Part shown: positions 39,130-49,139 of the stretch, piece after piece
Layout: each line of letters opens with the position of its first letter
Position numbering within the stretch: the first letter of the stretch is position 1
NCBI GenBank assembly: GCA_963725865.1
Contig: CAVSAC010000013.1
Coordinates: forward strand, 1 to 60,383
Direction of reading: 5' to 3'
DNA from: Candidatus Eiseniibacteriota bacterium
GTDB lineage: Bacteria; Eisenbacteria; RBG-16-71-46
DNA length: 60,383 bases
Program-made: the position numbers and the translations under genes
The notes under the pieces: generated by a model
Database searches by the model: none
Seen by the model: only the letters and a program-made list of their open reading frames with translations
Told to the model about the DNA's origin: nothing

Positions 39130-42100
39130 TCAGTCCACGACGATGGCCCGCGTCGTGAGCGTGTGCTGCGGCGTCACGAGCCGGATGAAGTAGAGCCCGG
39201 GCGCGATGGTGCCTGCCGACGCGAGCCGCACACGGTGCTCGCCCGCGGCGAGGGCGCTGAGGTCGTGCTCGGCGAGCCGCCGGCCCGCGAGGTCGAACAG
39301 CGCCAGCGTGCCGCGCGTGCGCTCGGCGAGTGAGAACGCCACGTTGAGATCGCCCGCCACCGGATTGGGCGAGGCGCCGACCAGCGCCAGTTGCGCGGCC
39401 GCCGGCACGTCGAGCCAGGTCTCACTCGCGGTCACGAGCGCGCCGCGCTCCAGCAACGCGAGGCGGTAGCCGACGTGGGCGCCGGGTGTCAGGCCGGCAT
39501 CGTCGAAGCGCACGCTGCCGTCACCGGCGGGGCGCAGGCGCGCGCGCTCGGCCCACGTCGCGCCGCCGTCGCTGCGCAGCACGATGGCCTCGGCGCTGGC
39601 ATCGTCCACGCGCCACGCCAGGTGCGCGGTACCGGCCTCGATCGAGGCGGAGACGAGCGAGGCGAGGACCGGAGTGTCGAAGTCCTGCCATGGGGTGGCG
39701 TTCATCAGCACGTCGAGACAGATGTCGCGCCCTGAGGTGATGGTGACGTCGGGACGCGGGTCGTCGTCGAAGTGGCCGACGCCGATCGAGTTGAGGAAGT
39801 CGCCGACGTCGTTGCGGCTGCCGCTTGCGAAGGTCCCGTCGCCGCGGCTGACCAGCCAGGCGAGCTCGCCGGTGTCGTCGCTGTGGACGACGCTGATGAC
39901 CATGTCGTCGCGCAGGTCGCCGTCCAGATCCGCCACCGCGGCCTCGGAGGCCTCGATCGACACCCAGTCGACCTCGGAGAGCGCCATGGTGCTGCCACCC
40001 TGGTTCATGAGCACGCCGTAGCTGCCCCGCGTCCCGGGCGCGCTCGGTCCCCAGCGGAACGCCATCAGGTCCGGCCAGCCATCACCATCGAAGTCCCCCG
40101 ACAGGATCTGATGGGGTGCGTCGTACCAGTACTTGCTCCCCGTGGGCCAGGGCACGGCGTACTTGGCGATGGAGGTCAGCGTGCCGCCCGGAAGCGCGCG
40201 GTAGACCTCGACCGTGTCGGGCGCGTGCTCGTCCCCGATCTCGGGCGCGGTGCTGTTGCGGACGCGGAACAGCGCCAACTCGTCGATCCCGTCGCGATCC
40301 AGATCCACGCCGTTGCCCGCCAGGCCGCCGGGCTGCCCGAGCCACGGCTCGTAGGGGAGCGCGGGCCCCGTCGGAGCGGGGACACCGAAACCGCCATCGC
40401 CGACGCCTCGCGCCAACAGCAGGTTGCCCGGCGCATCGCGGACGATGAGATCGGGGAACGCATCCGCGTCGAACCTGCCCAGCGCCAGGAACGTGTAGCT
40501 GGGCTGTGTCCAGGCTCCGGGGACGAGCGTGTGCCCGGGGGCGCCGCGGAGCACACCGAGTGTGCTCGCATCCTGGATCACGACATCGTCGCGCCCGTCA
40601 CCATCGAGGTCGCGCACCGCCAGGATGTCGCCGGTGCCCACCTGGGTCGCCGGCGCGAATCCGCGCTCGCCCCGGTTCACCATCAGCATGATGCGGCCAT
40701 CCGTGACCGCGACGAGGTCTTCCAGCGCTCCATCGAGATGGAGCGCGCTCGCCGAGTGCAGGGCGCTCCAGTAGGACACCGGTGCCGCCAGCGGCAGGCC
40801 GAGCTCGAGCAGCCCACGCCAGCGGTGATCGGGTCGGCCATAGAGCACGCTCACGCCCGGGACCTGGTTGATGAATCCCTCCGACGTGCCGACCGCGAGG
40901 AGGTCGAGGAGCCCGTCCCGGTCGACGTCGCCCAGGCTGATCGACTGGAGCCCGCCCACGGTCCGATAGCCCGGCATGGTCTCGAACCGCCCGCCTCCCA
41001 GCGCACGATGGATGCGCACCGCCCCGAAGTAGGCGAAGGCCCCGCTGCCGCGCACACCCGCTTCGCCGGTGGCCACGTCCAGCCGGCCATCGCCGTCGAG
41101 GTCGGCGATCGCGACACCGCCGTTCATCCGGTCGACGCGCGACGACAACACGGTCCCGGGCGTGAAGTGGCCGGTGCCGTCGCCGAGCAGGACGCGGCTG
41201 CCGAGGTAGCCGCTCATCGCGATGTCCACGCGACCATCGTCATCGAGATCGGCCGCGGCGATGCCGAAGGGCATGCCCGGCACCGCCGAGGTCGCCGCCG
41301 GCGCGAACGCGCCGCCGCCGAGCCCCACCAGGCACGACAACGTGAAGGCGTCCTGGTCCATGCTCACGAGGTCCACGAGGCCGTCCCCGGTGACATCCTT
41401 CGCGATCACCGAGACCGGGCCCGCGCCCACGCGGAGCGCGCCGGCGTCCTCGAACGTGCCGTCACCACGATTGCGCATCATGTGGACGGAGCTGTCGCCA
41501 GCGCAGGCCACCGCCACGTCCAGATCGCCGTCGCCGTCGAGATCCGCGAGCGCCAGGCCGAGTGGGGTGACACCGGTGGGATAGACGAGCGCGGGGGCGA
41601 GCGCGCCCGCGCCGAGACCACGAAGGATCACCAGGCCATTGGTGGAATAGGACGAGCAGACGACGTCGCTGTGACCGTCGCCATCGACGTCACCCACGGC
41701 AAGCCCGAAGCCATCGCCGGGCAGGGGCACGCGGCTGAGGTGTTCGACGAAGTCGGCCGCGACGTCGGTGTGGATGGTCAGCGAGTCCATCGCCGACGAG
41801 ATGCTCACCACCTCGGGGAAGGCATTCCCGTCGAGGTCGACGACCTCGGCCGCGATCGGCGGCTGGCGGTAGTTCGGAAAGGTGACGAGCAGGCGCGCGA
41901 TGTCGAGGCGCAGGTGGGTGGTGGCGGTGTCCACCAATTGATCGGCCTCGAACGGCTGCGCCGGGCGAGCGCGCATCGTCACAGCGCGGGCGCGCCAGGC
42001 GCTGAGCGACTCGGGGAGGGGATGTGCGGTGTAGAGCCGGACGGAGTCCGGCGGCCAGTCGCCGAATGCGACCGGCGCCGGGCTGGCGGGAAGGCGGGTG

Positions 42101-42159
42101 GCATTCGCGACGCCCGCCATCGTGGCGAGTGCGAGGGCAGCAATGAGTAAGGAACGCAT
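39130..42159 (-). CDS. Secreted FG-GAP/VCBS repeat protein with C-terminal FlgD-Ig/T9SS-A-like domain (paralog 1, ~1009 aa)
   Basis: Signal MRSLLIAALALATMAGVANA; more than 10 DxDGDGxxD repeats; CTD SPNP..FDLAGRR..PGLYFIRL. Confidence 0.88.
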   Translation of the reverse strand: MRSLLIAALALATMAGVANATRLPASPAPVAFGDWPPDSVRLYTAHPLPESLSAWRARAVTMRARPAQPFEADQLVDTATTHLRLDIARLLVTFPNYRQPPIAAEVVDLDGNAFPEVVSISSAMDSLTIHTDVAADFVEHLSRVPLPGDGFGLAVGDVDGDGHSDVVCSSYSTNGLVILRGLGAGALAPALVYPTGVTPLGLALADLDGDGDLDVAVACAGDSSVHMMRNRGDGTFEDAGALRVGAGPVSVIAKDVTGDGLVDLVSMDQDAFTLSCLVGLGGGAFAPAATSAVPGMPFGIAAADLDDDGRVDIAMSGYLGSRVLLGDGTGHFTPGTVLSSRVDRMNGGVAIADLDGDGRLDVATGEAGVRGSGAFAYFGAVRIHRALGGGRFETMPGYRTVGGLQSISLGDVDRDGLLDLLAVGTSEGFINQVPGVSVLYGRPDHRWRGLLELGLPLAAPVSYWSALHSASALHLDGALEDLVAVTDGRIMLMVNRGERGFAPATQVGTGDILAVRDLDGDGRDDVVIQDASTLGVLRGAPGHTLVPGAWTQPSYTFLALGRFDADAFPDLIVRDAPGNLLLARGVGDGGFGVPAPTGPALPYEPWLGQPGGLAGNGVDLDRDGIDELALFRVRNSTAPEIGDEHAPDTVEVYRALPGGTLTSIAKYAVPWPTGSKYWYDAPHQILSGDFDGDGWPDLMAFRWGPSAPGTRGSYGVLMNQGGSTMALSEVDWVSIEASEAAVADLDGDLRDDMVISVVHSDDTGELAWLVSRGDGTFASGSRNDVGDFLNSIGVGHFDDDPRPDVTITSGRDICLDVLMNATPWQDFDTPVLASLVSASIEAGTAHLAWRVDDASAEAIVLRSDGGATWAERARLRPAGDGSVRFDDAGLTPGAHVGYRLALLERGALVTASETWLDVPAAAQLALVGASPNPVAGDLNVAFSLAERTRGTLALFDLAGRRLAEHDLSALAAGEHRVRLASAGTIAPGLYFIRLVTPQHTLTTRAIVVD

Positions 42160-42256
42160 CGTGCGAAACCTTCGGTCCAGCAAGGGGGACGAAGCGCGAC
42201 CGAGCGCTTCGGGGGAGGGAGCCTGGTCCGACGGACAGGCGTCCACTAGGGGAGGC

Positions 42257-42271
42257 GCAAGGAACGAGCCA
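42257..42271 (-). promoter_or_regulatory. Sigma54-type -24/-12 promoter of paralog 1
   Basis: Minus strand TGGCTCGTTCCTTGC matches TGGC-N7-TTGC, 98 bp upstream of the ATG. Confidence 0.7.
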
Positions 42272-42509
42272 CGGGGGACGGGAGTGCGCAGGTACCCGGG
42301 AATCTCGCGCGGAGCACACCGATGCGGGTTTGGGGCCGGCGGGGCGCGAGGGGCTCGGCGACATCTCGAGCGCCGAAGAATCGTAAGACTGACCGACACC
42401 GCTACAAGTCGGCTCCACCCGAGTTGGACGCCAAGTGGCAGGTGATGTCCAGCCTGGGTGACGGACCGCGCGCCGGCGGGCAGTCACCGGCGCGCGATCC
42501 TCCTCGGCC

Positions 42510-45500
42510 TCACTCCACGACGACGGCCCGCGCGGTGAGCGTGCGCTGCGGCGAAGTGAGCCGGATGAAGTAGAGCCCCGGCGCGATGGTGCCCGCCGAC
42601 GCGAGCCGCACGCGGTGCTCGCCCGCGGCGAGCGCGCTGAGGTCGTGCTCGGCGAGCCGCCGCCCAGCGAGGTCGTAGAGCGCGAGCTGGCCGCGCGTGC
42701 GCTCGGCGAGTGAGAACGCCACCATGAGATCGCCCACCACCGGATTGGGCGAGGCGCCGGCCAGGGCCAGCCGCGCGGCCGCCGGCACGTCGAGCCAGGT
42801 CTCGCTCGCGGTCACGAGCGCGCCGCGCTCCAGGAACGCGAGGCGGTAGCCGACGTGGGCGCCGGGAGCCAGGCCGGCATCGTCGAAGCGCACGCTGCCA
42901 TCGCCCGCGGGACGCAGGCGCGCGCGCTCGGCCCAGGTCGCGCCGTCGTCGCTGCGCATCACGATGGCCTCGACACTGGCATCGGCCACGCGCCACGCCA
43001 GGCGCGCGGTACCGGCCTCCGCCGAGGCGGAGATGAGGGAAGCGAGAACGGGGGTGGAGACGTCGGGCCAGAAAGTGGCATTGATCATCACATCGAGGCA
43101 TGCGTCGCGTCCCGAGGTGATGGCGACGTCCGGGCGTGGATCGCCGTCGAAGTTGCCGACGCCGACTGAGTTGATGAAGTCCCCGAAATCGTTGCGATAG
43201 CCGCGGGCGAAGGTGCCGTCACCCTTGCTCACCAGCCAGCCGAGCGCGCCGGTGTCGTTGCTGTTGATGATGCTGATGAGCACGTCGTCCCGCAGGTCGC
43301 CGTTCAGGTCGGCGATCGCAGCCTCGCTGCCTTCGACTCGCTGCGGCCAACCTGCTTCGGTGACGAGAAGGTCGCCACCACCTCGATTCATCAGGACGGC
43401 GTAGCTACCGATAGCGCAGCAGCCGCCATCAGCCTGCCGCATCGCGAACAGGTCCGGCCAACCGTCGGCGTCGAAGTCCGCGGGGAGGATCTGGTTGGGG
43501 ATGCCCTGCATATAGTTGCTCATGCCCTCAGGCAAGGGTACCGGGACATGCGCACTCGCCGCGAACAGGCCCGAAGGGGAGGCGTGGTAGACGTCGATGG
43601 TGTCGGGAGGATCTCCCACCTGTTGTCTGAACAGCACGAGCTCGTCCACTCCGTCGCGATCGAGGTCGACGCCGTTACCGGCGAGGCCCAGCAGATACCG
43701 GCCGTCGACGAGGATCTGAGCCGAGACCCCGGTCGGCAGTGGGTCCTCGAATCCACCGGCGCCGTCTCCTCGTGCCAGGAACAGCACTCCTGTCGCGTCA
43801 CGGACGATGAGATCTGGGATGCCGTCGGCATCGAACTCACCGACGGCGACGAACCAGTACCCCGTGAACAGCAGACGCGGGGTCTGCAGTTCGTGGGTCG
43901 GCAGCCCAGGCAAGGCCTCGATCGTGTCGGCGCGCTGCAGCAGCACGTCGTCCGCTCCATCGCGGTCGAGGTCGTGGATCGCGCAGAGGTGACCGCACCC
44001 CACCCTGATCGGAGTCGAGAATCCCAGCGCCCCCCGGTTGGCCATCAGGAACATCTTCATCTCGGCCACCGACCAGAAGGTCGTCGAGCGAGCCATTCAG
44101 GTGGATTCCGCGCGGTGAATGGGTTGCTCTGAAGGAATCGTTCGACCAGTCGACCACCGCGTACTCGGTGAGGCTGCTCAGCCGGCCACCGCCATGATTG
44201 AGGAGCAGCGCGATGCCTTCATGTTCCGGGTAATAGTAGGCGGAGTAGTCAGAACCCGCGGCCAGGACGTCCTGTGTACCGTCCATGTCGACGTCGCCGA
44301 TGGTGAGCGACTGCACGTCATGCATGGCGCGATAGGCGCCGGCCAGGCGCTCGAAGTGGCCCGCTCCGAGGCCGCGGTAGATGCGCACCGCGCCGAAGAT
44401 GCTCAGGGAGCAACCGCAGGTGATCCCCTCCTCGGCCATCGCGATGTCCAGGCGGCCATCACCATCCAGATCGGCGATGCCCACGCCGGCCGCGTACCAG
44501 TACGGGGGCGAGACGAACGCAGTGTCGACGATGAAACTCCCATGCCCATCGCCGAGCAGCAGCGCGCCGCCGCCGCCGCCACTGACGGCGATGTCGAGGC
44601 GGTCATCCTCGTCGAGGTCGGCCGCGGCGATGGCGTACGGGTAGCTCGGGACTGGGGTCGTGATCGGAGCGGCGAACGTCCCGCCGCCGCGATTCAGGAA
44701 GCAGGAGATGGAGGCAGCGTAGGTGTTCGTGGTGATCAGGTCGTCGAGACCGTCCCGGTCGCAGTCAACTGCGATGAGGCTGGTCGGCTCGGCATGCGCA
44801 GCGAGCGGGATGGCGGGGCCGAACGTTCCATCACCGAGGTTGAGGAACTCATTCACCGTCGAGTCGATCACGCACGCCACCGCGACGTCGAGGTCCCCGT
44901 CTGCATCAAGATCGACGAGCGCCAGACCGCGGGGGCCCGAACCGGTGCCATAGAACAGCGTGGGTCGGAATGTCCCGTCTCCATTCCCAAGCAGGACCGC
45001 GATCGCATCACTGTCCCAGAGCGAGCACACCAAGTCGGTCTTGCTATCGCGGTCGACGTCGCCCGCCCCAAGTCCGAACACACCGCCTGGCAAGCCAAAG
45101 CCCATTCCCCTGGGAGTCCCAGACGCCGCATCCAGGTAGATGCTCACGCCCCAGCAGGTCGGCGAAACGCTGGCCACATCCGGGAGTCCGTTCCCGTCCA
45201 GATCGGCGATGACCGACTGGATCGGAGGCGCGTACGGCTCGGCCCCCGCGCCCAACACTCGCGGCAAGTCGAAATGGATGTGAGTGCTGGCGGTGTCGAC
45301 GACGTGCCTGACTGGATAGGACTCGGTGGGTCGCGGCCTGAGGGCCATCGCCCGCGCGCACCAAGCCTCCGTCGAATCCGGCAACGGACGGGGAGCTATC
45401 AGCGGATAGGGGGCGGAGCGTGCTGCCTCGAACAGCCCGGGTGGGGGAGCGGGAGGCGGAATCGACGCCTTCGCGACACCCACCATCGTGGCGAGGCCAA

Positions 45501-45531
45501 GCATAAGTGCGACGAGGGGCGATGAACGCAT
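42510..45531 (-). CDS. Secreted FG-GAP/VCBS repeat protein with C-terminal FlgD-Ig/T9SS-A-like domain (paralog 2); frameshift near 44075
   Basis: Signal MRSSPLVALMLGLATMVGVAKA; same repeat order and CTD as paralog 1; formed by joining ORFs 43837..46284 and 42510..44096. Confidence 0.86.
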
Positions 45532-45628
45532 CGTGCGAGTCCCTTCGGTCCTCCATGGAGGACCAGGCACGCCGACGCGCTCCTGGGGGTGGTCCGCGTC
45601 CGGCGGACATACGTCCGCTTGGGGAGGG

Positions 45629-45643
45629 GCAAGGAGCGCGCCA
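45629..45643 (-). promoter_or_regulatory. Sigma54-type -24/-12 promoter of paralog 2
   Basis: Minus strand TGGCGCGCTCCTTGC matches TGGC-N7-TTGC, 98 bp upstream of the ATG. Confidence 0.7.
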
Positions 45644-45941
45644 CACTGGGCGTGATCGAGCTGCGCATCGCGAACCGCTCGCCATGGCAGGCAGCTGTGG
45701 GCATCGAGCGCCAGTCTCTTCGGTGCCGCCCGGACCCGAAGCCGACGAAGAACCGCAAAACCCGCCGACAGCAGCCCGGCCTTCCGGGTGGCGCGCCTTT
45801 CTGTTAGACCTTCCCGGTCCCGCATCGCGATGCGCTCTCCTCGACCCCCCGGTCCCGCGCGCGGCGGGCCCGCGCTCACGACGTGCGCGGGGGGATAGGG
45901 GCGGCCCAGTAGCGGGCCACAGCGAGGCGGTGGAGATCGCG

Positions 45942-47111
45942 ATGCACCTGACCGAAGAGCAGCTGCATGATCCGCGACCTCGCGCGCACGATCGCCGAGG
46001 AGAAGGTCAAGCCCGTGCGCGCGAAGTACGACGAGGACGGCACCTTCCCCTGGGACATCGTGCGCGAGCTGGCCAAGGTGGACCTGTTCCGCGTGTTCAT
46101 CCCGGTCGAGTACGACGGCCTGTGCGAGAGCGGCTACGGCATCACCAACATGTGCATCGTGACCGAGGAGCTGTCCAAGGCCTGCGCCGGCATCGCGCTG
46201 GCGTTCGCGGGCACGGCGCTCGGCACGTTCCCGATCCTGCTCTACGGCTCGCGACGAGCAGAAGAAGAAGTACCTGCCCGACATCGCCGCCGGGCAAGCG
46301 CCTGGCCGCGTTCGGCCTGACCGAGCCCATGGCCGGCTCGGACGCGAGCGCGCAGCGCACCACCGCGCGAAGGACGGCGACGACTACCTGCTCAACGGCA
46401 CCAAGGTGTTCATCACCAACGGCGGCGAGGCCGAGATCTACACCACGGTCGCGCTCACCGACCCCGAGAAGGGCGCGCGCGGCGCCTCGTGCTTCATCGT
46501 CGAGAAGGGCACGCCCGGCTTCACGTTCGGCAAGAAGGAGCACAAGATGGGCATCCGCGCCTCGGTCACGAGCGAGCTGGTGTTCCAGGACGCCCGCGTG
46601 CCCAAGGAGAACCTGCTCGGCAAGGAGGGCCAGGGCTTCCTCGTCGCCATGAAGACGTTCGACATGCTCGCGGCCCGGCGTGGCGCGCAGGCGCTCGGCA
46701 TCGCCGAGGGCGCGCTCGAGGAGGCGCTCAAGTACGCGCACAGCGCGCCACCAGTTCGGCCAGAGCATCATGAACTTCCAGGGCCTGCAGTGGATGCTGG
46801 CGGACATGGCGATGGAGATCGAGGCCGCCAGGGCGCTCATCTACTCGCTCGCCGCGCGCATCGACGCGGGCGACACCAAGGACATCGGGCACCTCTCGGC
46901 CATGACCAAGGTGCTCGCCTCCGACGTCGCCATGAAGGTGACGACGAACGCGGTGCAGATCTTGGGCGGCTACGGCTACATGGCCGAGTACCCGGTCGAG
47001 AAGATGATGCGCGACGCCAAGATCACGCAGATCTACGAGGGCACGAACCAGATCCAGCGCAACGTCATCGGCTCGTGGCTGATGAAGGAAGCGGCCCGGC
47101 TGGCCGGGTGA
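45942..47111 (+). CDS. Acyl-CoA dehydrogenase; frameshifted
   Basis: [70 protein letters not shown]. Confidence 0.93.
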
Positions 47112-47355
47112 CGGCGGGCCGCGCCGTCGGCGGGTAGTCGCCGCGCCAGCCGGTCGCGAACGGCCAGCGGGGCAGGCGCGAGCACGAGATTCCGGTCCAG
47201 CCTCCGGCCGCTCCCGAACCCCCGGGGGCGGCCATTCGGCACCCGGCCGCCGCGGGCGTCGGCGCCGGCCGCCCGCCCGCAGCTTGGGGCCGCACCGCGC
47301 CGGATGTAGCCTTGAGGTGTCCCCGAAGGGAAGGGACGGAAGGGAGGGAGCGGTC

Positions 47356-47541
47356 ATGACGCTCCATCTGACCGAGGCCCAGCGGAGCCTCCTGCTCGAG
47401 CTGATCGAAGCGGCCCACCGGGAGAAGCTCCACGAGCTCCATCACACCGATGCGGCGGCCTACAAGGTCCTGCTGCGCGAGCGCATCACGAGCCTCGAGG
47501 CTCTGACGGCGATGCTGGTCGAGGCCGAGCAGACCGTCTGA
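47356..47541 (+). CDS. Small hypothetical helical protein (61 aa)
   Basis: GGAGGGAG RBS; MTLHLTEAQRSLLLELIE..ELHHTD..LRER. Confidence 0.65.
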   Translation: MTLHLTEAQRSLLLELIEAAHREKLHELHHTDAAAYKVLLRERITSLEALTAMLVEAEQTV

Positions 47542-47726
47542 GCGCGTTCTCGCAGGAAGTCGCGGCCCCGATCCACGTATCCGGCGCCGCGAATTCAGCG
47601 CAGGTGGACGATGCGCAGGTCGCGCGTGGCGCTGCCCGCCTGGAGGTGGGCACGCCGAGGGTCTGGTCCATCTGCATCGCCGCTCACGGTGATCAGGAGC
47701 CAGTGCTCTTGCCGCCGGCCCCCCGC

Positions 47727-48290
47727 TCACCCCGTCCGCCTCACCGCGTACTTCACCAGCGCGGGCAGCTCGCGCGCGATGGAGTAGAGATCGCGCGGCT
47801 CCCAGAAACGCGCGTGTGCCCAGCCGGTGGTGCGGATGCCGAGGCGCGCGAACGCGAGCCGGGTGCGCGGCACGTGGAAGCCCTGGGTCACCACCATCGC
47901 GGTGCCGAGCCCGCGCGCCGCGAGGTACCGGCGCGTGCCGAGCGCGGTGTGCCAGGTGTCGACGCCGTGGGGATCCATCGCGACCGCCGAGTCGGGCACG
48001 CCGCGTGCGACCAGGTAGGCCTTCATGCGCGCGGCCTCGTCGAAGCCGTGGCGGTCGATGCCACCCGAGACCAGCAGCGCGGGCACCCAGCCCTGGCGAT
48101 AGACCTCGAGCCCGCGTTCGCAGCGCGCCCTGAGCCGCGGCGCCAGCGTGCCGCCGGCCTCGACCTCGGTGGCGAGCACCACGCCGACGTCGGCGCGGGC
48201 GAGGTGATCGCTCACGCCGATGAGCACCACGAGGGCGCCCGCCAGCACGCACGCCACGGCCGCGAGCGCCGCGGCGCGCGCGACACGCAC
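47727..48290 (-). CDS. YdcF/SanA (DUF218) family protein
   Basis: N-terminal TM, ADVGVVL, LLVSGG, DEAARMKAYL, GVDT, VVTQGFHVPR, RELPA. Confidence 0.85.
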   Translation of the reverse strand: MRVARAAALAAVACVLAGALVVLIGVSDHLARADVGVVLATEVEAGGTLAPRLRARCERGLEVYRQGWVPALLVSGGIDRHGFDEAARMKAYLVARGVPDSAVAMDPHGVDTWHTALGTRRYLAARGLGTAMVVTQGFHVPRTRLAFARLGIRTTGWAHARFWEPRDLYSIARELPALVKYAVRRTG

Positions 48291-48316
48291 CGGCAGGGGC
48301 AGGCCTCGCCGCCGCC

Positions 48317-49096
48317 TCACATCCCGAGGATGTGCCAGCCGGCGTCCACGTAGAGCGTGGTGCCGGTGATGCCGCTGGCGAGGTCGGAGAGCAGGAACAG
48401 CCCGGCGGTGCCGACCTCCTCCTTGGTGATGTTGCGCTCGAGCGGCGCGGCGCCGCTGTGCTCCTTGAGCATGTCGGTGAAGCCGTGGATGCCGCGCGCG
48501 GCGAGCGTGTTGACCGGGCCGGCCGAGAGCGCGTTCACGCGGATGCTCTTCGCGCCGAGCTCGTACGCCAGCTGGCGCGTGGCCTGCTCGAGCACGGCCT
48601 TGGCGCTGCCCATCACGTTGTAGTTCGGGATGGCGCGGTTGGCGGCCAGGTAGGTGAGCGTGATCACGCTGCGCGCCGTTCTTCTCCATGCAGCGGCAGC
48701 ATGCGGTTCGTCACGTTGATGAACGAGTACGCGCTCACGTCGAGCGCCAGCTGGAAGCCCTCGCGCGGCGTCTTGCACGAAGCTGCCCTCGAGGTCCTCC
48801 TTGCGCGCGAACGCGATGCCGTGCACGAGCATCTCGAGCGAGCCCCAGCGGCCGTCGATCTTCTGCGCGACCTCGTCGATCTCGTAGTCCTTGGTGACGT
48901 CGCACTCGGTGGTGAACGCGTGCGGCAGCGTCGCGGCGAGCTCCTCGACCGCGGGCTTGAGCCGCTCGTTGGCGTACGTCAGGCACAGCCGCGCGCCGGC
49001 CTGCGACAGGCACTGGGCGATCGCCCACGACAGGCTGCGGTGGTTGGCGACGCCCATGACGAGCGCGTGCTTGCCGCGAAGATCGATCGAGTACAT
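48317..49096 (-). CDS. fabI: Enoyl-ACP reductase; frameshift near 48690
   Basis: MGVANHRSLSWAIA, HGIAFA, LTY, PNYNVMGSAKA, VNALSAGPVNTLAA, YVDAGWH. Confidence 0.93.
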   Translation of the reverse strand: MYSIDLRGKHALVMGVANHRSLSWAIAQCLSQAGARLCLTYANERLKPAVEELAATLPHAFTTECDVTKDYEIDEVAQKIDGRWGSLEMLVHGIAFARKEDLEGSFVQDAARGLPAGARRERVLVHQRDEPHAAAAWRRTARSVITLTYLAANRAIPNYNVMGSAKAVLEQATRQLAYELGAKSIRVNALSAGPVNTLAARGIHGFTDMLKEHSGAAPLERNITKEEVGTAGLFLLSDLASGITGTTLYVDAGWHILGM

Positions 49097-49139
49097 GGCT
49101 CCTCCTCCGTGCCGGCGGCGGGTGGGGGCCGCGCGCGAT

